The position numbers were made by a program, and so were the translations under genes. 64,000 bases of DNA from Raillietiella orientalis (Eukaryota), in NCBI GenBank assembly GCA_036172245.1, contig JAYWIR010000043.1, positions 1,488,001 to 1,552,000 on the forward strand, read 5' to 3'. Within the stretch, counting starts at the first letter, position 1; every line of letters starts with the position of its first letter. The notes below the pieces were generated by a model that was not told the DNA's origin, ran no database searches, and saw nothing but the letters and a program-made list of their open reading frames with translations. Shown one piece after another: positions 35,739 to 50,926 of this stretch.

Positions 35739-38700
35739 GGACTCGAGGAGAGCAGTCCTTCGCTGCCGGCGCATCTCCATGGGATGAAGAGTGCAGCAGG
35801 CGCAGAGAACGAGGAATTTAAGAGGCTGGCACGGTGTACCGGCATTCGGAAGTGCTCTTGCAGTCCTATTCTGTCCCAAGGCAGAGCTGCCAAGTCTTTG
35901 AGGTGGATCCTGGACGTCGCTGGTACGACTGGAAGTTAGGGCGAGCAGCGTGGATGTCGAAAAGAACCAGTCGTTTCCTCAGTGTAGTAAAGATGAAGTG
36001 AAGACCTCAGTGGGCTCTTCATAGTGTAGGTTTGTGTCGAGTGCTTGGGAGGAATTTCCAGCTTCCCGGGAGATATTGGTACAGACAAATGTGCTGTTTG
36101 AGGTACTTCTGCTCACTTTCTCAGCACATTGGATTGCTTTGCTGGAGCCACGGAAGAGTCTCGCAGATCAGACAGCATTCCGACAGAAAATCACCCAACT
36201 GATTGCTGCATGCAAAGGTCACTTCGATCCAGTGTTCGACTCGTCTGCTGAGAATTTTGCTAAATTGATAGAAAATGGGATTTCATTCTCTGAACGAGGA
36301 GGAAGCTGAAGGCACGGGAGCATCAAATATCATTCTTGTCGCTTGGGATTTTCGTTATTACTTCGTTTATTTCGCGGTTCATGTCTTAAGCTAAGTGTGC
36401 TTCGGAAAGGGCAGCTGTGAATTTATATTTTTTTTTTATTTCCATTTGCTTTAGCCAAGAAAAAACAAGAAAAAAAAAAAAAAAAGAAGAAGACTCTACT
36501 TCTTCAGCAAACTGCTCGGTTCCGATTCCGCGGTTTTTCATGAGCGATTGTACGGAACGCCGGGAATCGTACGTTTCTGAAGGCAGTGTAAGGCTCAGAT
36601 CCAAAGCGCTGAACAAGCAAAAGGTCGTCGGACCAGGAAAGACAGGGAGGGTCGCGCTGGCAGAATCGCCTTTGATGACCGTCCGCAGGCTTGTCCCAGG
36701 TGACTTCTTGAAGTTAGTCATTCGGATAGTGGGTCGCACCTTACGTTAAGGAAGATTTTCGAGTTCCGGAAGGAGCACAGCGCCGGCGCCACCCCCAAAA
36801 CCTTGGGAATGTTGAGACAATCTTCTGATTATCCGGGCAGCCATTACCCTGAAATGTACATGGGGATGGAGAATTTTTGCTGCTTAAGAATGCAGAATGG
36901 TGTACCCGAATTCATCAGTCTTCCAATCATGTAGTTGCGGCCGTAAGAAAAAAAAAAAAAAATTAAAAGAAGAGTTTCGAAGCAATCAAGATTTCCTTCT
37001 GCACTCATTATGGAACCACAGGCTGAATGCTCCTGAAAGTTTCTCAGAGCCATCATCGCTGCGCTCATCTTTTTCTCAACGCTGTCCATTTCAGCTCAGC
37101 AAAATGATTTTCACCCCGCATGCATCTTAGCCGAGACTTTGCGCTCGCAATGCAATTAGAGGTTATTGAGAATTTCCATCCATCCATGCTTAAACATTTG
37201 TTCATCTAAATTTCAAGGAAAGACAAATGATCGCTCCGTCTGACTTTTAAATCTACATAAAGGGGAGGAGAATCGGTCCATCTCTTCCTCTGGGTGGAGA
37301 GACGTGTGTGCACGCACGCCTTCCCGAAAAAGACTCGATTCCCGATGCCTGCTGTCTCTTCCAGCCTCAGCAGCGGGGAAAAGTGGGTGTGCTGCTGAAA
37401 TGCACACTGCGGTTTTCGAACGGGTGGCACCGATCGAATGGCTCCGATCAACTGGACCACGGAAGTCCGGATGGGAGCTTCCCTGATGAGAGAGGAGGTG
37501 CCTTCCTCGAGGAGGCGCGGAAGCGCGAGGCCTCCCCACTTCTACAGGAGCGCCCATTCCCCCACCCCATTCCTCCGAACGGGGGGAGGGGTGCCTGCAC
37601 CCCGCGCGCAAATCTCGCACGGGAGAGCATCCCACAGTCTCACACGTTGTGTCCAGAATTTAATTTTCGTTCGGAGCGTGCATCTGCTTGCAGCCCGACA
37701 TGTTCGCAGCATATGCACCACGCGGTGCATCGCTGGCTGCGTTCCGTGTTCTTGGCAGAGGGAAACTGATTAAAGCAGCCAAACACTTTAATAACCATTT
37801 GTGGTTCCGCCTTCCATAATTTCCGCATTCCTGCTGATAATGCTCCTTCTGTGGCTTTTTCTTTTTCGGCTTTTCCATCTGAAAACCGTATCCAGATTTC
37901 CGCTTCCGGGCGTGATGTCGAGTAATGTATGCTTCATCCCTTGATCCCCTTTATTTCTTTAATCATTTATTTAATACACGATGTTCTCATTTCTCGTGAC
38001 TCCTCTTCGAGCCACAAATCATCCTAATAGCCACCTTTAATCCACTATCCATTGCTTCGGCTATCTTCAATCATTTCTCAGTATGGTCTCAGAAGCTACA
38101 GCAGCTGCTGCAGTTTCAGCTGAGAAGGGATAGAGGGAAACCGAATTTTGAGAATTACCTATTCGTCATCATTGTAGGTTCATGACAATAAATGTACATT
38201 ATACTAAGATGGCTTATGTGATAAATGAAATCTGTGGAAAAGGCACTGCGGAACAGCTTGAGTCTATTCCCAAGAGGGGAAGGAATAAATCAGCACCTCT
38301 TTGGCTGCAGACTTCTGAACACTGTACACGCCAGAGATAGTAGAGCGCATTGCTCCGTGTCAAAACGGCATGCATCGGTAAATGCAATAAATGCACAAGG
38401 AATTCTGATTGGATCGAAGTTCGAATTCGATCTTTCGTATATTCCCTTTGACCCTAGTGATGTATGTTAAACACTTCGCATCCCACGTCATCAAAAAAAT
38501 TTTTCTCATAATGGCAGCATTTCATCACCCATGATGGGTGTTTCTGATATTTAAAACATCGCGCAGTCCGTGCAGCATCTCGCGACGGGTTATTTGTCGA
38601 ATGACTCATAACTGAGTGACAGCGTGATGTTACAGCAGAAAGATGCTGGCTCCTCAGATCGCAGAGCTGCACCGGAACACCCTGCAAGAGATCGCCCATT

Positions 38701-41299
38701 CTGCGGAGAATAACCGTGCGGTGGCACCTTCTCCCCCATCAGCCTGACCTGCCCACCGGAAAGGTTGTAGGCGTTGCTTCATCTCTGCCGCAGAAGCGAA
38801 TTGAGTTTTAAATATATGACCTGTGCATATATTAAATATTGAGATTTAGCAAAGAAGGAACGTTTGGATCTGGCATGCTGTGGTGCACCATTTTTTCCTG
38901 CCGTTGGCCTTTCGAATGGACCTTCTCCCTCGAGTATTCTCATGCTGCTCCCCTCTCTCGGAACCAGGTCAGGTCTCAACGGTGACTCCCCTCGGGATAT
39001 TCCATCGTCCGTGCCCCTGATTCGTGTGGGGAAGGGCGTGGTGTTTAGTTGGGGTGGAGTTGAAGGTCTACACGCGACGATTTCACATGTATGGTGACGT
39101 TTGATCCCGTTTCTGGAATCAGTGGCCGAGCGGATTCTCACTCGCTTCCCAGTTTCTTTTCCAGAAGAATAGCCTACCGAATGCGTGGCGAGCATGAATG
39201 TGCACTCCACAAAGCGTGGATGGTTCCCGCAGGCAACGAAATGGCTTGAAACCTTTTGCAGTCCAACGCAGTACAGGATCTTCTCCTGACTAGGATGCTC
39301 ACCGCTTAGGGATCGCCGTGCCTCCCTATTTTGGACGCCCTCGCAGGAAGTCTGAACAACCCATAAGCATGGGCTTCCAGAACAGAAGTGAGAACACAAT
39401 GCTGATCCAACATCTTCCGATGCATCATCAGCATATCTTCCATGAGCAGTACCTTCGTTACTAAGAACGTTGCCATACTTCCCGTCGATGTTCGCTTACC
39501 TGCAAGATATTCCGGTCTTAAAAAGGCAATACATTCGTTAGAAACACCGAACAGTTAAAAAAAATAAAAACGATAAAGATGTGTATTCTATTCATCGGCT
39601 TTTTGTTACCGCAGAATCGCTTGACATGCATTGGAATGGAGCCCTGCAAGACAGACTACAGCTTGTGCCTCCTATGTGCATCTCTGCTTAGGGGTTCCTT
39701 GGGAAGAAAGTCATGTTCCCGAGGACAGTCGGGAAACGAAAAAGTCTTTCGGATAGTTACATCATTTCCTATGAGCTGAACCGCAAAAGTCGTTTGTTTT
39801 TTTTTGCTCTTGTCCTCGGTTCCAGCTGTGCAAGGATGCCCTGCCAACCTGGTAGCAGTCTGCAGATCGAGCACCGCAGCTATTTGAAGCAGCGATTCTT
39901 CATCCATCCCATTCTTCACGCGGACGTACCATGGATTCATATCCATATGTGTTGGTTGACTTTGCTTCTTGAGCGTCTCGCACTGTCCTGCTGCTGCTAA
40001 GTCGGGCTGGGGACAAATTCACTTTCCAGATGCGCGATCCATTCTGAGAAATGAAGGGATGGAAGTCGCCCATGGAAGCATTTCCGATAGTCTTCGTGGA
40101 TTACTGATGGAGGCATCAAGCAGTTCGTGGGCAGTCCACTTGGGCCCAGGGAGTTCCTCCTTTCGATCGCAAGTCCCGAAAATTCATCAGCTCTGCTATC
40201 CAATCTGCCTTCAGATTCCCATATCACTGCTGAGGACCAAAACAACAATTCATCCTCCTGTCACATTAGTTTGCAAATGCGTCTGTAGAGTTGAGAAATT
40301 TCCCATTTTGTCCCGCTGAGTTTTACCAGCCATGTGGCTAAAAAGTGATATAAATAAAAGCAACCGTGTCCAGAGAGAGTTCCGGAAGGGAGAGTGTCCA
40401 GATTTATGTGGTCGTGACTTCGGACCATGCTGAGAAGGGGTTGCTCCTGGAAGTGAAAAACGCCCTTACGAAGGAAAGAGGCTGCATCCGGTGGCATCGC
40501 ATCTCGGCACGCTTGGAAGACGATCGTGGCAGCCGTGTGGCCTCAGCTCCGTGAGTCGGGATGACCTCGAAGAAAGGGGGGGACGGGGGAGGTCGGATGT
40601 CTGTCCGAGAATGTCATCGAGAATCAGTTCGCGTGACCAGGCATTTTGTGAAAGGGATGCCACCCGCTGCAGTTTGTTTCGGGGCGGTTACGTTTATCCA
40701 CAGGTTTCGAAAGTTTTCCTACCGCAAACTGCACATCTCCGAAGTGGCTGAACGCATCTCTCATAACCTCCCAATTTTTTTTTTACTTTATTTTTTTAGG
40801 TTCCCACACTCTCGCCGTCTTCAGATATTTTTCCATTCTTCCTCCATCACATAAGTGCCCACGACTAAGATGTTTATCGGCATTCTGGCTGTTTCTTAGA
40901 CTGACGATGAGTTGGGAAGTGTGCTGATCTCTCGAACAAGGCCATCTTCTGGTACATGCACGTGGTATGACCCCACGTGGATCCTCTGATGCTCCCGGTG
41001 GGCTTGCAGTTTAGTCTCCTTACACGAACCTTCACTCTGGAATGCTCAGTTCTCTTCCTTAGATTGAGAAGCATTCTCAGTTTCCCTCTTCCGCAATGCT
41101 GTGACCGAATGGCGCAACCAGAATTTCTCTTCAATGGCAAATAGGTGGCAATGAGATTTGTTTTCTCAAGAGCTCTTGGAAGAAAATCACAAAAAAGGGT
41201 CATTCATTTTTCTTTTGAAGAAGATTCAAGGTTGCTAGCGGCGGTGGTGTTTGTTGAGCAGAAGAACAGAGTACGGCTACTACTGTGAGAAGCTGCTGT

Positions 41300-42050
41300 G
41301 AGAAGGAAAGGCGAAGGGAAAGGTGAGTAAAGGAAGTGAGGGAGAGCTGTCTAATTTAGAAAGGGTACAGAGGTGTACACCAAGAGCGGAAAACTCTTTG
41401 CTTTGCGCCGAGGTTTTGGCAGGCACCGTACAGAACACCATCGAGAATACCATGAGCCTCCGTAGTTGCCGAAACAGTCTACCACGATGTTTTGGGATAA
41501 TTGGGTCATCACATGGATCGTCTAAGAGGGAACGGCGCTCTTCGGGGAAAGCCACATGGATGCGTGGATTGCTGCCGGCTGGCTACTTCTCTTTAGCTTG
41601 CTAGCAGTTCACCAGAAATGCTGTAGCGATCTCCGCGTGGTTCGTTTCCTCAGAGTCACCACATCCAACCTGATGCATCTTCTTGCCTCGAAGGGCTCGT
41701 TCTCTCCTCCTCTGGAAAGTTCACAAGAGATAAAGATTCGATGAATCCGGCAGAGCGCGCAAATATCTCTACCGTATATCTCGTCCGATCCCCGTGTTCT
41801 TCCCCGGTTTCTAAGGCGGTTTCACTTGTTGGTCCAGCTGGGGTGAGGTGACTGCCTCTCAAGACTGCCATGTTCTCTGCTTTCGCATCACGTGGCAACG
41901 TAGTGAGCGTTTGCATTCCCTGATGATTCGCAACCATTCCTCATGGGCTCGATCCAAATGGTTGGCATTCAAATTTCCGGTCGGGGAGACTGACGGATTC
42001 ACTTTCACGTGAAATTTCAAAATCGACGAGGGACGAGGCGAGGAACCCTT
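41300..42050 (-). mobile_element. Decayed LINE (EN/RT junction), possibly a non-L1 clade
   Basis: TGNLNANHLD (~GDFNAHH), KPGKNTGIGRDI (~GKA.G.D.I), GSNPRI (~SYRPI). Confidence 0.35.
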
Positions 42051-45000
42051 CTCTCCCAAAAAGAACCAAAAAGAAGATTCCCTTGGAAGATTCTCCATGA
42101 AGAACTTCGGGACTCTTGCAAGTGAATCATACTTCCCTCTCAGCCATTACCCGTGTTTTCTCAAACGCAGTCGAAAGAACTGAGCTTGCATTCCGTGCCT
42201 CCTTCCCATTTCTCATCGCTTGACTGATCGGGAATCCAGCGGGAACACAAATGCAGCATTCCTTCGAATGCGTGAGAATCGAAACGAAATCCAGGGGGCA
42301 CCACCAAAGCGTCGGAAAGCAAAATAAATGAACCGGGGCATTTCCAGTTTCTTCAAACACCTGCCCCAATTTCGTGAAGATACGACAGCACTGTCAAAAA
42401 AGAGAAAAGAAAGAGCTGACCACGGATGCCCCAAGTCATGCACCATGGCACCTCACCGATTCGCAACCAAATCGCTCATGCACACAGCGATCTTCGTAAA
42501 AGGCTGCTGCGTTTGAGATTACTCGTCTGAGAAACTCGTCACCGAAAGTGTTCCGCGAGGAAACTTCTGCTCATCAATTCGATGAATTTGAGATGCCACA
42601 GAAGGACTTTCTTGGAGGAAGGAGATTCCTCGGAAAGTGTTTGGGAAGGACCGATCATCAGACGCTCCGTCGGCTAAACACGCGCGTTGAAATGGATCAA
42701 AGAAGGCGTTCAGGTGTTGAAGGCGACGGCTAGCTCGAGGCGACTGAAGCTGAACCACGAGTGAAGGATGTGATGGGCGAAGGGCCGGCCACACGTCAGC
42801 AGACCTTCACGTTTTCAGAGGCCACCACCTCCTTCCTTACAGCCAGGGGCCCCGTGTGCAGCAGGGAACGAAGAAAGCTTGACGGAGTGCCTCACGATAG
42901 ATTCGTCAAGAAGAGCAAGTGAAGATGCTCGAGTAGCGTCGGGCAACCTGCTGCTCCCCTTCTCGTGCAAGCCTCGTGTGGCTCAGCAGCAGCCACACGA
43001 GGCTCGCGGATTCTTCTTGCGTGGGTCCGGAGGCTTTTTTGAACTTGGGACGAATCCCTGCGCCACGAGACTCGCTCACGTAAATCCAGTGCTTCTCACA
43101 TCGAAGAGTAAGCAATAAAAATCCATCGTTCATAGCTCTGCTGTGCAAAGGGGTCGCCCAGTGCACAGGCTGCTCGTTTGGATCGCAGCCACGAGTTCAA
43201 AGCACACATAGGAAGAACCCCTGCTGGCCCCCCCCCCCCGTACTTCCTTAGCTGTCCCGTTTCGAGGTAGCCGATGCAATATCGCGAATCTATGCAAATA
43301 GTGCCCTCCAAAAATGTTCAGCGTTAGTAATGAATGGGACGAAGGGAAATCTGTGTAGGGAGCGCTGGCAGTTCAATTCTTCCTGGACTCAGGAATCTGA
43401 GGAGCAGCTCAAGAAAGTGGAAAAGGTGTCATTGACTAATTTGTTGTGGATCTCCTGCAGTCACAGCGAGATGTAACTCCCTTCTCCGCAAGACACGCAG
43501 TCTTATCTAGAGTTACGATCTTTCTGCCTCCCCTCTATAATCGTTTGGTTTCACTTTTATGGATGGGAAACCATTTTTTAGCAAAGGAAGCCTATTTTTC
43601 TCTCCCTTCTCCTTTGACCCCATCCCGGCAAGGACAATTTCATCCCGGCAACCCACCTAATAGCGGAAGGGGTGAAATTTGAACGCATTCGTGCAACTGA
43701 AGGGAAAAACACAGAAACAGAAACAGCTGGCCATCAAGGATTCCACATTTCGGAAATTGGTATAATTCTTATCTGAAATTCGAATTTCATTTCTTCAACG
43801 GTCATGCGGTCGCGTTACTGAAAAAATGTGGTCTACTGCTGTGCCAAAGAATCGCGAATTCCTCTCACAGTCCGAGATCCGCTCTGATTTCGATTTCCGC
43901 CGCGTGGTCGGGAAAGCAAATCATCAAATGAGCTCTTTGATATGAGCACATCCGAGTTCGGCACTGCTCTCAGTCTTTGATGTTTTGGATTTCATTTACT
44001 TCTCGCATCAAAGAGTTTTCCCAGCTTGAGCGGGAGTTCATCCTCAGACTGGAACTCCATTTCGCGAGGGTGCCCACCGAAAACAAGTGCCCACTGGGGG
44101 ACAAGCGCTCCAGACAGTTTCGGCTCACTCGCATCGAACTACCGACTGAGATGGCCTCTAAATCAGATGCGAACCACGCCATCAGAAGATGAGAGATGAT
44201 GCGCACCTCGTCAGCATGCGGAGTACCCCGGACGCGTCAACCGCCCGTTCGTCTTCTCCGAGCAAGTATGACGTCTTTGTACGTGGACAGAAGGAAACTT
44301 TCTTTCGTCTTGTCCCCATAAATACAGCGCAGCTGCACTTGCACAGCCCCGCCCGGTGAGCTTCCCAAATCGGCGTATGGAGCATCCTCCTTGTGCTGAT
44401 GAAGACCTCGCTTTTTTTTCGAAATCCTGAGGCACAGCAGCAATCTCGCTGCCAAAGTGAGAATGGACGTGCTGATGAAGGACACATGCTGGAGGTAGTG
44501 ATCACTCAAGCTACAACAAGTGAGAGAAGCAGTGGATCCCTGAAAAAAAACAAAAAAAACAAAAGCAATACCCACCATGCGTACCACAAGCGTGGACCGT
44601 CAGTTTCATTGAATTCCTGCAGAAGAGCAGTTTCCATGGATTCGCATGCTGGCGACTGAAGTATCGAAAGAGGACCTTTGACGAGAACGAACCTGCAATC
44701 GGAAGCCAGCCACGGGGGAAACCCTCGAGTATCAGCATGAAAACAAGATTTGCACAAAGCATCCATCTCTATCGAGATGTCTGCCACCTCTGAGATGCTT
44801 CCAGCGTCAAAAAGTGCACCATTGCATTGCAAAAGCAAATGGGGGAGCGCACGAAAGCAGCATGAAATCGCTCGCGAAGCCAATGGCAGAGACTTCATCT
44901 GGAAGAGCTTCACCAGCAGGTAAGGTGCAAAGGTGGCCAACCATGCTCTGTCGTCCCAAACGGCGGACTGCGCCGTTTGTTTTCAAGGAAAGGAAACTGT

Positions 45001-45129
45001 GCTGCCTCACAGTGCAGGTCCAGAGAAGAGTGCTCCAGGAGATCACCTTGAGGTGAGCTTCTCCAGTCTGTGGAAAAGCACATTTGAATACGGAGCCGAC
45101 ACCTCACATATCCACACTGATTATTCATT

Positions 45130-46160
45130 TAGAGGTCCCTTTTCCACGGAGTTCTTGAGAGAAACGAATTGAGCGTTGGGACGGAGACCCCTCGTGAGGA
45201 TAAACAAGACTTCTCTTCAGAAAGCTGCGGCGTCGTCTGGATGGCTCGTTCGGAAGTTCCCGTTTGCGGAAGGGAAAAGAAAGAAACCATGGAGGTGGCA
45301 CGTCACATCTGGAGAGTGGTCCCTTGCTGGATGTAGAAGCATGTCTTGAAACGGAAGGTTCGATCTTTCCTGAGGCGGAGCCTCGGAGGCGCTAGAGAGC
45401 GGAATGCCTGCGGATGAGCGGCAATTCGCGCCTTTTGGCATATTTCGCCATGGCACCACCCGCCCATCCCAATTTCGGCTGCATCCACACAGATCGACCA
45501 AAGCCTCATCGCACGTCGCAGCGGAGCATTCCGAAAAAGGGAGGCCACGTCCTGCGTTGGACCACTTCGTTCACCCGGATGCTTCCCGTTCCGTAGAGGA
45601 TGTTGATCCACGCGGCGCAGCTCAGCCTACTGCTCGTGTGGGCATTTCCGGTGGCGAGCGGCGTGGATCGGGTGCGTGGCGCAGGAGGAGTCCCTGCAGC
45701 GCATCGAACCAACTGCTCGTCGCCTGCGGGCGAGGCGACTTGGTCTCCCGGACCAGGAGGCCACACGGCAACATCGGCAGAGCTGGCAGCCTCCAGCCAG
45801 CCGTCCGCCGTCCGGCATCAACTCGACGCTCTGACGCGGCTTTGTGGCTCAGGACAAGGGGCGAGCCATCGAACTTGACGCCCTCCACGCTTCCGGAGAA
45901 CGGGCGACGGTTCCGGGAGGACCAAGAAAACGGAAAGGGAACCAATAGCAGGACGTGGGCTTGCGAGGAGTCGGAGCTCTTTGGAGAGTGTGCCTCGTCG
46001 TGGGGTCCCTGGAGCCTGGGCCTGAAAGAGATGAAGATGTCTCAGAGTGGAGCGAGAAAGACATCGAACGCACCCCCGCAGCATATTCTGGAAGCATCGT
46101 TTGAGCCACCGGCCCTGATGGGCATCCTCTCACAGCCGCCGACTCGTGCACAGGATTGAG
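45130..46160 (-). mobile_element. Decayed LINE ORF1 fragment; repeat A copy 2 (inverted)
   Basis: 45243-46098 is the reverse complement of 1991-2846 with only a handful of substitutions. The flanks are homologous but clearly more diverged. Confidence 0.9.
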
Positions 46161-46399
46161 TGGCGATGGGATGACCTTCAGCAGCGTCATAAGAAGTTGT
46201 CCTATGCAACCGAGCGTGAAGAAGAAGAGCACAGCTGGACGCGCATCCAGACGAGGACTAGTTTGCCGCTTTCCAGCAGGCATAAGATCTTCTTATTGGA
46301 GTCGTCCGACCTCTCCTCACGGTTCGGATCGAGAGAATCCCGGGATGAGCTTTACCGGGAATCCTGAAGAAGCCGAAGCGAAAGCTCCGCAGAATGTCG

Positions 46400-47790
46400 T
46401 TTCTTGAACGATCCGACCCGTATCATGGAAACGCAACTCAGGTCACGTTGGGACGTAGAGCCGGAGGGAAGGAAACCTCTCGCTGCTCAAACTGCCCGAG
46501 ACTCTTCTCCTTATGTGTGAGATTAGGGGAGAAGGGGCAACTTCCGACGGTTGCCGCAGTGGGGCTTCCCTTGTGAGAAGCCTGCGAGGACCTCGGAGGA
46601 AGGGGCACCCGAGAGTGCGCACGTGCAGCGTGTGTCGGTTCCTCTCCATCTCCGACACCTCCTCATCCAGAGGTCGCAACGTGAGTAGCAGCTCCCGAGA
46701 GGAGGAAAATAATGAAGAAAATCTTCTCCGGATTTCGGATGCTGGGATATCACGGTCGTAGGAGGTTACCAGAATTGGAACTTGAATTGGTGCTGCGCGG
46801 TCCTAGGGACAGCAGGAGCAGGGTGCGTACTACCTGCTGCCTTTGCGCAGTGGGTGCTGAAAGAGTGCGAAAAGGTGTTTTCTCCTTTGCTGTCCAAAGA
46901 TGGGTCTCCCTCAGGTAGCGAGGCCCAGGTCATTTTCTCGTGGTTATTGCATTCTGACAGCGAAGAGGCCGTAGCCGTCTTCCTTTCCTTGTGATGCGGA
47001 TCTCTCCGAGCGATGGAGCAGAGTCATCATCTTCTAAAGTATCTCGAAGATGCTCTTCTGCTTCTCTATCCCTTTCTGCTTTGTTTCAAAGGGAGCGAAT
47101 TCTGCTCTTTCTTTGATTCCTCCTTCCCCCCTTTCGTTCCGTCCCTTCCCTTTCCTTCATCGTCCTTCCCTTCCTCTTTCTCCTTCATCGCTTCCTCTTC
47201 CTTCTAATCTCCCGCGAGGATGACTTGCGTAAAACTCTTTGCTGCGTTTCGCGCGATCACAAGACCGATCCTCGTGGGATCCCAGCCTCACAGGGAGATA
47301 AGGGGGGTCCCGGGAGGAAGCAGTGAATTTCTCGCTCCGGCCCGCTTGGTTGCCGTCCATGTGTCTTCGGAGACGCTCTTCGGAAAGCAGAAGTGTCTCC
47401 TCTGAAAAACGGGGACGATTTCCGCGGTGGGGCTGTCCTTCCCGCTCACTGCTCTTGGCTTCGACATGGCGTCTTCAGGAAGAGGAGCATCCTCGCTCCT
47501 TTCCTCCCGCGCCACGCTTCCTGAGGCTTGCAGCCCGCAGAGCAGAGATGCTAAGTGCACTGCGATGCGGATCCAGCGCTTGGGCATCCTATTGGGACAG
47601 CAGCTGTGACCCCGAGGGTGGATTGCATGCACGGTCGATCCCAGAGGGGGTCTTTGGGTCATTGGGGTGGGAGTGAGGCGGCGCTGCGTGTGCGTGCTCG
47701 ACTCTTTCAACTTTCTGTTCATTCCGTCCTGATTCGGCTGCATTCTGGAACTCTTCCCTCCTTCCTCTAGCTTCGCAATCATCACCCTGA
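46400..47790 (-). mobile_element. Possible Gypsy-type gag relic
   Basis: PKRWIRIAVHLASLLCGLQA resembles the W..+A..LA.LL.G.A motif of Gypsy capsid N-termini, followed by a purine-rich charged stretch. No pol or LTRs seen. Confidence 0.25.
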
Positions 47791-50449
47791 AACGCCGTGG
47801 CCACCGTGGAGGAGGCGGAGGTGCCTGGAGCTCGCTTTCTTTCCTCCATTCCTAGAGGAAACAGGGGCTGCAGGAAGGGTGCCACGTTCACGAGAGAAGA
47901 GAGTGTCTCTCTCCTCCCTGTTTCTTCTCACCAGTATGGCATCTGGATACCCGACAGTCTCTGACCCCTTTCCCGACGCACGAGGTTTAATCCAGGTCTC
48001 TTCTAGTTCGTGACCATCTCGGTGACGAAGTCGGGAGCTATAGAAGGACTGACTGTAGGAAATCCGCCACAACGGAAGGCCCCACAAATCTCCCCCACTC
48101 TCTTTCCTTTCCCTGGAGTCAGGAAAAGATTAGTACGGATGTAGAAGGAACGGCCATGTCAGAGAGAAGGGAGGAGGCATCTGACCATCCTGCCGACCAC
48201 TGCAACTTCTTCAGCCTCCTTCGTTTTCCCCCGTTTTCTCTAAGAGGAGTCCAAGCGGTGCTCTTGAGGGTCTCGTTCCTCAGGTGCTTCTTCTCTCCAC
48301 TGGCCCATTCATCCTGCTCTTCTCACCTCTGAAGTCGCTCCCCTTTCGGCATTTCTTCCATTCACGCGCCTATGTGCACGAGGAAGATCTCCAGGGATTC
48401 GCTCATATCACCCTTTCCTGCCTCAATTTTCCCTTTCTTTCCTTTCTCTTCCTCTTGCGCAGCGCGTCATGATCAGGAGGAGCAAACGCAGGACCCATAG
48501 CAGCGCATCGTCCCAGGGAGCACTGCAAGCCCTACAGGAGTACACACTTTTTATGTTCAGCTTCATCCGCGTCTAACCTTGCCTTTATTCATCCGCCTTC
48601 CCACGGAGTGTTTCCTCAGCGAGGGGAGTGGCTCAGGGAGTTCCCTAGGCTTCAGATCGGGAACTACTCGGGTATCTGGTGAGAAGGGGAAAGAAAGGAG
48701 GATCAGCATGAGTATGATGATGACGGTGACGAAGAGGAGAGGAGGGGAAGGGAGGAGGAGAGAGATGCTTGAGGAGGTTGATGGTCCAGCGGACGAACTC
48801 TTTCAATGATCTGCACGTTCCTGAAACAGGGACACGGAATCAAGGAGGTACTCTCTAACGAAGGTGAAGGTTCTGTAGGCTCTCCCCGAGTTTCGGACGG
48901 TCGACCGTAGGTGGACTCGTGATTTGATGTTCTAAAGACTCATCTGCTCTTTTTCTCGCCCACTTTTGCCTCCGAGGTGGATGGTGGTCACCTAGGGCCC
49001 AAATGGTGGCAATGCTTAGTCCATTTTCTGCACTGCTGCTCTTGCAATACAGACGAGACTGTGGAAACTCGAGGGTCGGAAACCGGAACAAACGGACCGC
49101 AGGTCTTTGGTCAGGGGAAGGATAGCCGGCCCATTCCCTGACTTTCGCTTTCATCCTCCTTCCTTTCAGCAAAAGGAGGCCCCTCACTGGAGAGCATTTC
49201 AGCGACAATCGGATTACCAGAGGCAGAGAGTCCTTTTGTCATCTCTAGAACTCCTCTCCTGGTACCTGCTTCGGCGGTACATTTACTCTTCTGGATGATG
49301 GTGGCTAGCCGGAACCTTCAATTCGGCCTAGTCAAACGTGCCCTAGTGCAACGCTGCTGCTGCAGAAAAAAAACAAAAGGGTCGCGAAGGAAACTGGGAT
49401 CTCCGGCCTAGCAACGGGAGGACTGGTGTCTCAAGGGTGGGAGTTCGGGTCGACTTCTCACGCAGCGTCCATCTCGGCAAAATGGGAAAGGCCGAGTGGC
49501 CTCCTTCAGGAAGACCCTGACGGACCGTGTTGGACGCAAGTGGGAACGGGAGTTTCTAGTGTGGCGATATGGCACGGGTGCAGCATTCGTGTTTGCTTAA
49601 AGGCCCCTTTGGGGGGCATCGAGGAAACGACAGTTCCCTTGCATCGGAGAAAGGACGCAAACGACAGAGCAAGTCACGAGCGTTTCCCCGGAAACCGAGA
49701 AATGATGGAATCTACGGAATCCGTGGCAGCCTCATGCTATGACGAGAGTGCCGTAGAACGCGTGCTCGAGCTGCAGACGAACTCTTCAGCAGCTCCTCAG
49801 CCATCGAGTAACAAAGAACACACATGTTCTTATCCATGGTAGGAACATGCTATGGTTAAAGCACGCTGAGAGCACGCGCTGGATTCAACACACACAAAAA
49901 AAATGAAACAAATCCCAAGTCGGCCCATCATCAAAGATTTGCAGATTTTACGGGGCAGGTAGTTCCACTAGAGGGGGGGGGGAGCTCTATGAAACGTCAT
50001 CCGCTCTCTCTGCAATCAGACATCAAGTGGAAGATGAATCTGGATACGCGAAAGCTGTGTCATGAGAATTGATCAGCTGCATTACAGGTCCGGAAGTAGA
50101 GAGGAACATTCTCCCTGATGGGAAGCCCCTGCCGGCGAGCATTGGGCTTGGGAGGCGCCCTCTGAAGCATCCGTGGATCTCATCTTGAGAATTAAGAGGG
50201 TACTGGAGGAAACTTGAAAACGTCGCAGGTCGAGTGCAAATTTCGGCAAGCGATCGCTATTCCGCTGGCGGGGTTGCCTGGGAAACGCGATGAACACTGA
50301 AGACGAGAATTTCGATTTTCCCGCCCTGCTACCTCGATGTGCTTGCCGAGCAGCGGAAACGGTCCCGCGAACGCATCTCATGGAGCTCCCCTCAATTTGC
50401 GGGATAAGGAAAGCGGTTTCGAACGTCCCCTGAGCTCTGAAGCGCCGGA

Positions 50450-50926
50450 GTCCAGGAAAGGCTTCTTGAGATCCCGTGCTTTCCTCGAGATGACCAGCGA
50501 GAGCTTGATCTTGCGAATTTTCGAACGGCTAATTGTCCTTTCTGGAAGTACTTTGAAGTTCGTGGGCTTCACTCCGGAGGGAGACGAAGAACAGAAAGAG
50601 AGGGACTGCAGAAAACTGTTGGGGTCGATAAGTGCCGGAGAAAGAAATCCACTTTTTGGTTTTTGAAAAGAGGTTGCAATGAAAGCGGAGAGGGGGAGGG
50701 GGAAACCCTTAGCCGATGCCACGACGCCTTCGGCGTCCAGACAATCGCAGTCGCTCGCGATACTCTGGCCTGCGGCAGCGAATGCAGTCCCCTGCAATCC
50801 TGCCGCATCTCCATTTCTTGAGGGAGCATGAAGTGAGTGGACTCGCTTCCTGGAAGATGACACGGCGTCCAGCGAATGTCTCCCCTCCCGGAGAGGGGCA
50901 AACCGTTGAGGAAAGTGCGACCTTCC
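50450..50926 (-). mobile_element. Decayed LINE post-RT fragment abutting SINE copy 4
   Basis: LNGLPLSGRG (~LSL.GR) and RVSRAT..AEGVV (~RV....EGGLG). Confidence 0.4.

Noticed and set aside
39420..39445. YADD tetrapeptide on the minus strand
   Set aside because: No flanking RT motifs; likely chance.
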